Assembly: GCA_965203905.1 (NCBI GenBank)
Contig: CBDBDQ010000005.1
Span: 224,001 to 288,000 of the forward strand
DNA: 64,000 nt
From: Spirochaetia bacterium
GTDB taxonomy: Bacteria; Spirochaetota; Spirochaetia; SZUA-6; Bin103
Direction of reading: 5' to 3'
The position numbers and the translations under genes were made by a program. This document shows, in pieces, positions 59,566 through 64,000 of the stretch. How positions within the stretch are numbered: position 1 is the stretch's first letter; the number at the start of each line of letters is the position of its first letter. The notes below the pieces were generated by a model, which worked only from the letters and a program-made list of their open reading frames with translations, had not been told where the DNA came from and made no database searches.

Positions 59566-60727
59566 GCGTCCGGCACGGCGGCGGGGCTCGGTGGCGGCGC
59601 TCTGCCTTGTTCTGCTGGCAACTTCCCTGCCGGCGGCCGCGGCGCCGGGGATAACCGCCAACGCGATCGTGTTCGGGCAGAGCGCGAGTCTGACGGGGCC
59701 GAACCGGAAGCTCGGGATCAACTACCGCGCCGGCATCGAAGCCGCCTTCAGCGAGCGCAACCGGCGCGGCGGCGTTGGCGGCAGGCTGCTCGAAATCCGC
59801 TCACTGGATGACTCCTACGAGCCGGAGCATGCGGCCGCCAACGCCCGCTGGTTCGTGGAAAGGAACGACGTGTTTGCCGTCATCGGCGGAGTAGGTACGC
59901 CTACCGCCAAGCGCATCGCTCCGATCCTGCGGGCGGCGCAAGTACCCTTCGTCGGTCCCTTTACCGGGGCCGACTTCCTGCGTAGCGCCGAGCGCTTTCC
60001 CAACGTGGTCAACCTGCGCGCCGGGTATCTCGACGAGACGCGCGTCCTGGTCGACTTCATGATCCGCGAGTTGGGAACCCGGCGCTTCGGGATCATCTAC
60101 CAGGACGATGCCTTCGGCCGCTCGGTCCTCAGAAACTTCCACTCCGTGCTCGACAGCTACGACCTTCCGCTGCTGGCTCGATCCACCTTTTCGCGCAACA
60201 CGCATGCGGTCCATACCAGCCTGTTCACCCTGGCCAAGGCCGATCTGGACGCTCTGCTGCTGGTGGGGAGCTATCCCGTCAATTCGCTGATCATCAACCT
60301 TGCCCAGGCCCTGGGACATGAGTACGTGATGGCCAACCTTTCGTTCGTCGACTCGCAAGCCCTGCGGGAGCTGGTGGAAGTCCCGAGCGAGCGCATCCTG
60401 GTATCCGAGGTAGTACCCGACCCGCAGGACACCAGCCGGGCGCTGGTGCGACGCTTCCGGAACGCCATGGCGGCGCACCACCCGGAGACGGATGACCTGA
60501 TCGACGCGGTGTCCCTGGAGGGATACGTCCTCGGCAGGTTCGTGATCGACGTACTGGACCGGATGGAAGTCGAGTTGACCCGTGAACGTTTTCTGAGCAC
60601 CGCGCTGTCGCCCGATCCGGTTGCCATCGATGACTGGACCATTCGCTTCGAACCCGGAACCAATGTCGGCTCCGATTACATCAGATTGACCAATCTGGGC
60701 GGCGATGATGACACACAAGGGGAGTAG
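59558..60727 (+). CDS. Periplasmic ligand-binding protein (LivJ/Peripla_BP_6 family), orphan
   Basis: Signal peptide, FGQSASLTGP, LDDSYEP, GVGTPT, YQDDAFG. Confidence 0.85.
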   Translation: MSERPARRRGSVAALCLVLLATSLPAAAAPGITANAIVFGQSASLTGPNRKLGINYRAGIEAAFSERNRRGGVGGRLLEIRSLDDSYEPEHAAANARWFVERNDVFAVIGGVGTPTAKRIAPILRAAQVPFVGPFTGADFLRSAERFPNVVNLRAGYLDETRVLVDFMIRELGTRRFGIIYQDDAFGRSVLRNFHSVLDSYDLPLLARSTFSRNTHAVHTSLFTLAKADLDALLLVGSYPVNSLIINLAQALGHEYVMANLSFVDSQALRELVEVPSERILVSEVVPDPQDTSRALVRRFRNAMAAHHPETDDLIDAVSLEGYVLGRFVIDVLDRMEVELTRERFLSTALSPDPVAIDDWTIRFEPGTNVGSDYIRLTNLGGDDDTQGE

Positions 60728-60730
60728 CGG

Positions 60731-61219
60731 TTGAAGAAGCTGGAGGAATTCTCCACCGAGGAAACCGGCGAGGAGTGGTTACGCGAACTCTATAAGGTCA
60801 TAACCATGCGGCGCAGTTCGATGTTCCGGCTGATCACCGAGTCGGTACGGCTGCTGCTGTTCGGCAATGGCGGCGGCGTGGCGCTCATCATCGGGTTCAT
60901 GAGCGCCTTCGGCGGCGCTGACACCGCCTCCTTCCACTGGCTCGCGCTGCTGACGCTGGTCCTGTTCGCCTGCGGAACCCTGGTCGCGGCGCTCACCATG
61001 CTCCTGGTGACGGCGGTGTCGGTGCAGGAAGCGCACGGAGCGGAAAAAGGACTGAAACGGTTCGTCGACGGTGATACGGACCGCACCCAGACGCTGTTCA
61101 CCATCGAGCAACATACCTTTCGACTCGCCGATTACGCCACGCTCTGCGGGATTGTCAGCACCGGCGCGTTCCTGCTCGGCGGCCTCGGCAGCATCGTATT
61201 GCTGATCGTGTTTTTCTAA
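60731..61219 (+). CDS. Hypothetical 3-TM membrane protein
   Basis: GGAG RBS, TTG start, hydrophobic segments with L.GNGGG motif; last gene of the operon. Confidence 0.6.
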   Translation: MKKLEEFSTEETGEEWLRELYKVITMRRSSMFRLITESVRLLLFGNGGGVALIIGFMSAFGGADTASFHWLALLTLVLFACGTLVAALTMLLVTAVSVQEAHGAEKGLKRFVDGDTDRTQTLFTIEQHTFRLADYATLCGIVSTGAFLLGGLGSIVLLIVFF

Positions 61220-61289
61220 ATCCGCACGGACCATCCGCGAGTTAGGCCACCCACTCGCGGCCTCGAAGCCAAGCGGTTCAAGTGATTCG

Positions 61290-61322
61290 CCGCATGGCGG
61301 CAGCGGAGCGACCGCCATGCGG
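61290..61322. terminator. Hairpin between convergent genes
   Basis: ccgcatggcgg/ccgccatgcgg 11-bp inverted repeat. Confidence 0.45.
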
Positions 61323-61333
61323 TTGGCGCACGA

Positions 61334-62398
61334 TCAAGGTGCCAGTGCGGCCACGATCCGTTCGACGTTGGTGCGCATGAAGTCCTGATAGGTGGCGGCA
61401 GGGCCATCGGGTTCGCTCAGCGAACCGGTGTAGATGGCCACCAGCTCAATGCCGAGGTCGTCGGCAACGGATTCTGCGATTTGCGGACTCACGGTGGTGC
61501 CGACGAAGATCGCGGGAGTGCCGTGTTCAGCGATCGTCTCCCGCAGTTGCGCCAGATGGCGCGCGGACGGCTCGGACGCCGTGCTGACGCCGGGTACGAT
61601 CGTCTCCAACAACCGGAAGCCGTAACGCTCGGCGAAGTAGCCCATTACGTCATGATCGGTCACCAGGAGGCGACGCGCTGCGGGGACGGCGCTCACCTGG
61701 TTCCGGATCCATGCATCCAGCTCATGCAACTCGCTGCTCAGCGCGGCCGCGCGGGCGGCGTAGCCGGCGGCGTGCTCGGGGTCCACCTCGGAGAGTGCCT
61801 CCGCGATTTCGTCCGTCCACCGGGCGACCAGCGTGGGATCCATCCACACGTGCGCATCGAATTCTCCATGATCGTGTTCCTCGTCGTGGTGGTCTTCCTC
61901 CTCGTCGTGGTGATCTTCCTCGCCGTCTTCGTCTTCTTCCTCGTCGTGGTGGTCTTCGTCGGCGTCTTCGTCTTCCTCGTCGTGATGGTCTTCGTCACCC
62001 TCCTCGTGCTCCTCTTCCTCGGCATCATCCATCCTGCGGAGGGGCAGGTGCGCGGAGACCTCCACCAGGAGACGCGGCTCGGCGGTCTCCAGCAGGCTGC
62101 CGAGGAAGTCGGCCTCGAGCCCGGCGCCGTTGGCAAACACGACATCGGCATCGGCAACCTGGCGCAGGTCACGTGGAGTCGGGTGAAACACGTGCGGATC
62201 GACGCCCGGAGCCAGCATCACGTACAAAGAGATCCGGTCCCCGCCAACACCGGCGACGATGTCGCCGACAATGGTGGTGGTCGCTACCACGGCCACCTGG
62301 TCGCCCGCAGGCTGCTCGCCCGCCGGTGAAGCGAAGAGGCAGGCGGCTGCAAGTGCGAGCACGGGGACCAGCAGCGCGGTCTTGGAAGAGAAGAACAT
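61334..62398 (-). CDS. znuA: Metal (Zn) ABC transporter substrate-binding protein with His/acidic loop
   Basis: VDPHVF.P, ANG.GLE, DAHVWMDP, HD..GYF, SEPSA. Confidence 0.88.
   Translation of the reverse strand: MFFSSKTALLVPVLALAAACLFASPAGEQPAGDQVAVVATTTIVGDIVAGVGGDRISLYVMLAPGVDPHVFHPTPRDLRQVADADVVFANGAGLEADFLGSLLETAEPRLLVEVSAHLPLRRMDDAEEEEHEEGDEDHHDEEDEDADEDHHDEEEDEDGEEDHHDEEEDHHDEEHDHGEFDAHVWMDPTLVARWTDEIAEALSEVDPEHAAGYAARAAALSSELHELDAWIRNQVSAVPAARRLLVTDHDVMGYFAERYGFRLLETIVPGVSTASEPSARHLAQLRETIAEHGTPAIFVGTTVSPQIAESVADDLGIELVAIYTGSLSEPDGPAATYQDFMRTNVERIVAALAP
61868..62030 (-). repeat. Coding tandem repeats of EDHHDEE in ZnuA loop
   Basis: Four GAAGA(C/T)CA(C/T)CACGACGAGGA units with variable acidic spacers. 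Confidence 0.8.
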
Positions 62399-62415
62399 GC
62401 AGACAGGCTATTATA

Positions 62416-62436
62416 TCGCGAGGTCGTTATCAATAG
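62416..62436 (-). promoter_or_regulatory. Putative Fur-family (Zur-like) operator upstream of znuA, abutting a TATAAT
   Basis: CTATTGATAACGACCTCGCGA followed by TATAAT; resembles the znuC site. Confidence 0.55.
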
Positions 62437-62508
62437 ACCATCGTGCTTTGCGCGCTTTGACATGCTTTGACCGCGACTCTCCGGCACGGTAGGTTTCCAC
62501 GCCAAGCC

Positions 62509-63825
62509 ATGCCCTTCGCCGCCGACTCTCCCCTTCCCCGCATGCGCCACGTCGACGTGATCCCGGTCGAGCTGCAGGGCCGGCAGGCGTTCTACCTGCG
62601 CGACCCGCTGGCGTTCGCCCCGGAGCCGCTGGTGCTCGGCACCGCGGGCTTGTTCATCGTGTCCCAACTCGACGGCCGGAACAGCGCCGCTCAGGTGCGC
62701 AGCGCCGCGTTGCGGCAGTTTCCGGACAGCGACATCGGCCTGGCGGAGATCCGCGGGTTGCTCGCCGTGCTGCGCAAGGGCTGCTACCTGGACGACCACG
62801 TGGCTGCGGCGCGCATAAACCGGGTACGCGCCGAGTTCGAGGGTGCAGAGGTGCGCCCGGCGTGGCACGCCGGCGCGGCTTACCCGCACGACCCGCGAGA
62901 GCTGGCGGCGATGCTCGACCGCTTTTTCGCCGCCGCGCCGGCACAGGCCGCGGAGGCCGCAGTGGCGGCGGATTCCACGCACCAGCTTGCCGCCGTCCTG
63001 TGTCCGCATATCGACCTGCGCGCCGGCGGCGAGATCTATCCTCCCGCCTTCCGGGCGCTGGCCGCGGCCGCCGCCGGGGAACCGCCCGTCGAGCTCTACG
63101 TGATCCTCGGGGTGGCCCACCACGGCGGCACCGAGCCGGGCAAGAGCTTCGCCATCGCCACCGACAAGCACTACGCTACCCCGCTCGGGCAGGCGCCCGC
63201 AGACCGCCGCCTGATCGAAGAGTGGTCGCGACGCGCCGGCCGCGACGTCACCGAGCGGCAGTGGCTGCACCGCACCGAGCATTCGGTGGAGTTTCCGCTG
63301 CTGTTTCTGCAGTACATCCAGGCCCAGGCGGACTTGCCGCGGTACACGGTGGTGCCGGTCCTGCTTGGCGGCGTGGACCACTACGTGCACGCCGGGGAGG
63401 ATCCGCTGCAGGCGCCGGAGGTCGCCGCCGAGCTGGCCGCATTGCGGGCGGCGGTGAACGCCAGCGGCAAGCGCGCGCTCTATCTGTTGAGCGTGGATCT
63501 GGCCCACATCGGTCCGAAGTTCGGCCACGGCGAGCGGATCGACGATGCCGCCGCGGCCGCCTGCGAGCAGGCCGACCGCGAACTGCTGGGCTACGCCGAG
63601 CACTTCGACGCTACCGGCTTCACCCGCTCCTTGCACGCCGACCGCAACGGCCGCAACGTGGACGCCGTCTCCGGCCTGTTCTCGCTCTACCCGCTGCTGG
63701 CCGGCGCCGAGTGCCGCGGTTCCCTGCTCAGCTACGGCCAGAACCGCCAGCCCGACACCGGCTCGCTGGTCAGCTACGCCAGCATGGCCTTCTACCGCAC
63801 CGCCACGGAGCCGGACCATCACTGA
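62509..63825 (+). CDS. amrB: AmmeMemoRadiSam system protein B (MEMO1 family) with N-terminal extension
   Basis: RPAWHAG.AYP, CPHID, GVAHH, TPLG, EHSVEF, SVDLAH.G, VSYAS. Confidence 0.85.
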   Translation: MPFAADSPLPRMRHVDVIPVELQGRQAFYLRDPLAFAPEPLVLGTAGLFIVSQLDGRNSAAQVRSAALRQFPDSDIGLAEIRGLLAVLRKGCYLDDHVAAARINRVRAEFEGAEVRPAWHAGAAYPHDPRELAAMLDRFFAAAPAQAAEAAVAADSTHQLAAVLCPHIDLRAGGEIYPPAFRALAAAAAGEPPVELYVILGVAHHGGTEPGKSFAIATDKHYATPLGQAPADRRLIEEWSRRAGRDVTERQWLHRTEHSVEFPLLFLQYIQAQADLPRYTVVPVLLGGVDHYVHAGEDPLQAPEVAAELAALRAAVNASGKRALYLLSVDLAHIGPKFGHGERIDDAAAAACEQADRELLGYAEHFDATGFTRSLHADRNGRNVDAVSGLFSLYPLLAGAECRGSLLSYGQNRQPDTGSLVSYASMAFYRTATEPDHH

Positions 63826-63858
63826 GTCCGCGCCGGCAGGGCATGACCGGAGGCATCG

Positions 63859-64000
63859 ATGAAAGCCCGAAACCCGATCGTCATCCACTACGTGCATGAC
63901 ATGAAGCGCGCAACGACCTTCTACACCGAGGTCTTTCGAGTAGTGCCTGCGTTCGAGTCGCCCGGATGGACGACCCTCGATTTCGGCGCCATTCACCTCG
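63859..64000 (+). CDS. VOC/glyoxalase family protein (partial, runs off window)
   Basis: GGAGG RBS; MKARNPIVIHYVHDMKRATTFYTEVF...SPGWTTL. Confidence 0.7.
   Translation, partial: MKARNPIVIHYVHDMKRATTFYTEVFRVVPAFESPGWTTLDFGAIHL

Overview
High-GC bacterial chromosomal window, most likely from a marine-sponge symbiont. This is an inference from the SupA-type PKS cluster, four PhyH dioxygenases, sulfatases, an aryl-sulfotransferase and a CRTAC1/FG-GAP protein; the solute-binding protein N-termini ('FAGGEAE', 'ASGAEEE') suggest Spirochaetota. It contains a complete sup PKS locus (ACP, PPTase, hydrolase, permease, 3416-aa PKS) and the housekeeping genes ilvD, leuC, leuD and a purine deaminase. Three lower-GC ABC-ATPase + nuclease-like two-gene cassettes are present, one of them splitting leuC from leuD. 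There are two ATPase-less Dpp/Opp-type transporter clusters, fused IS3/IS91 remnants and several pseudogenes. In a metal-homeostasis island, a His-rich permease fused to an SPFH/HflK domain is co-operonic with hflC and hflK and nested between znuBC and znuA. The most striking non-coding signal is a ~355-bp AT-rich element present twice (26255-26614 and, inverted, 54519-54870); each copy is a degenerate tandem of a ~170-bp three-motif unit. No rRNA, tRNA or CRISPR array was recognised.
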